From a virus, in the IMG/VR virus record IMGVR_UViG_3300045256_000094: 13,975 nucleotides of DNA; one strand, written 5' to 3'. The stretch's first letter is position 1. Every line of letters starts with the position of its first letter. Position numbers and translations under genes: made by a program. The notes beneath the pieces are model-generated. The model saw only the letters and a program-made list of their open reading frames with translations, did not search any database and was not told where the DNA came from. Shown piece by piece: positions 13,476 to 13,975 of the stretch.

Positions 13476-13498
13476 CTGGACGATCAGTGGCAGGCCGG

Positions 13499-13975
13499 TC
13501 ACTTCTTGGCAGGCCCGGCTTCCGCCGCCTTGATCCACTTGGCGGCGTCGAAGTTCAGGTCGGCCTGTGTGTCCCCGTATCCGATGCTCGGGGTCTTGGT
13601 GACGATCCCCCGCTCGACGCAGAACTTCACGATCTCGGTCTGCGTCTTACGGAACTGCTCGTCGTAGACGATGACGCCGATCTCGTCGTCGCCGTAGAAC
13701 TTCGTCTCCTTGCAGCACTGACGCATGTCGGCGGCGTTCAGGTTGCTGAACTTGGCCCCGAGGGCGACGAACGCCTCGTCGGTCGTCAGCATCTCGTTGG
13801 CCTTGTAGAACGTCTCGATGATGCAGCAGGCCGCACGGTCCCCGCCCGGCTTGGCGAGGCTGTCGGTGCTGAACGCCACGCTGTCCACGATCTCGCCGGG
13901 GATCAGGCTGCTGTCGGCGAGCCGGTGGGCCTTGTCGTTGGTGCGGAGCGTCTGGAGGACGAACGGGTTCCACAC
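13499..13975 (-). CDS. ABC transporter periplasmic substrate-binding protein (NMT1/THI5-like; SsuA/TauA/NrtA family), C-terminal ~158 aa. The N-terminus lies beyond the window end.
   Basis: The ORF is open to the window edge. Its composition and position directly upstream of a NitT/TauT permease and ATPase fit this call. I did not verify family-level motifs by eye beyond overall similarity. Confidence 0.65.
   Translation of the reverse strand: MWNPFVLQTLRTNDKAHRLADSSLIPGEIVDSVAFSTDSLAKPGGDRAACCIIETFYKANEMLTTDEAFVALGAKFSNLNAADMRQCCKETKFYGDDEIGVIVYDEQFRKTQTEIVKFCVERGIVTKTPSIGYGDTQADLNFDAAKWIKAAEAGPAKK

Noticed and set aside
1-13975. Whether the window is a phage or prophage, prompted by the T4-type Pnk, helicase, HNH, AAA+ and GT2.
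   Set aside because: No capsid, terminase, portal, tail, integrase or att-like repeats are recognisable. A complete chromosomal-type ABC importer operon is embedded in the same transcriptional unit. I treated it as bacterial, possibly a genomic island, but cannot exclude prophage origin without flanking sequence.

Overview
The window is GC-rich (about 60%) and organised like bacterial chromosome or genomic-island DNA. All but one gene lie on the minus strand, packed with Shine-Dalgarno sites and overlapping stop/start codons (TAATG, ATGA, GTGA). I found no rRNA, tRNA, CRISPR array, IS element or integrase.

Read along the minus strand from high to low coordinates:
- **ABC transporter (about 13975 to 11621):** a NitT/TauT-family importer with a partial NMT1/SsuA-like binding protein, a permease and an ATPase. 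A textbook intrinsic terminator sits after the binding-protein gene.
- **Coupled unusual operon (11609 to 6073):** it follows the transporter directly. In order it encodes:
  - a small secreted protein;
  - a phage-T4-type polynucleotide 5'-kinase/3'-phosphatase (Pnk);
  - a polytopic membrane protein;
  - a small lipoprotein;
  - an unannotated 38-aa membrane peptide;
  - a Cys-rich acidic 94-aa protein;
  - a 568-aa classic AAA+ ATPase with a degenerate N-terminal ATPase-like half;
  - an HNH-motif protein;
  - a GT2 glycosyltransferase.
- **Helicase (4601..6076, + strand):** the only plus-strand gene, a 491-aa SF2 DEAD/DEAH-type helicase. It converges on the GT2 gene with overlapping stop codons. 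It diverges from the next operon through back-to-back sigma70-like promoters.
- **ArgRS-paralogue operon (4480 down to 937):** a compact 408-aa arginyl-tRNA-synthetase paralogue that keeps the HVGH, Arg-pocket, KMSKS-like and DALR regions but lacks the N-terminal Add-1 domain. It is followed by a signal-peptide, tail-anchored protein with P/T/G-rich 29-aa tandem repeats (87-bp DNA repeats), then two unknown genes that overlap by 125 nt, then an intrinsic terminator.
- **Leftmost gene (<1..832):** a partial unknown gene with a weak sulfotransferase-like motif.

The candidates for something undescribed are the Pnk/AAA+/HNH/GT2/small-envelope-protein operon and the ArgRS-paralogue/repeat-protein operon. 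All calls rest on motif recognition by eye; I ran no database searches.
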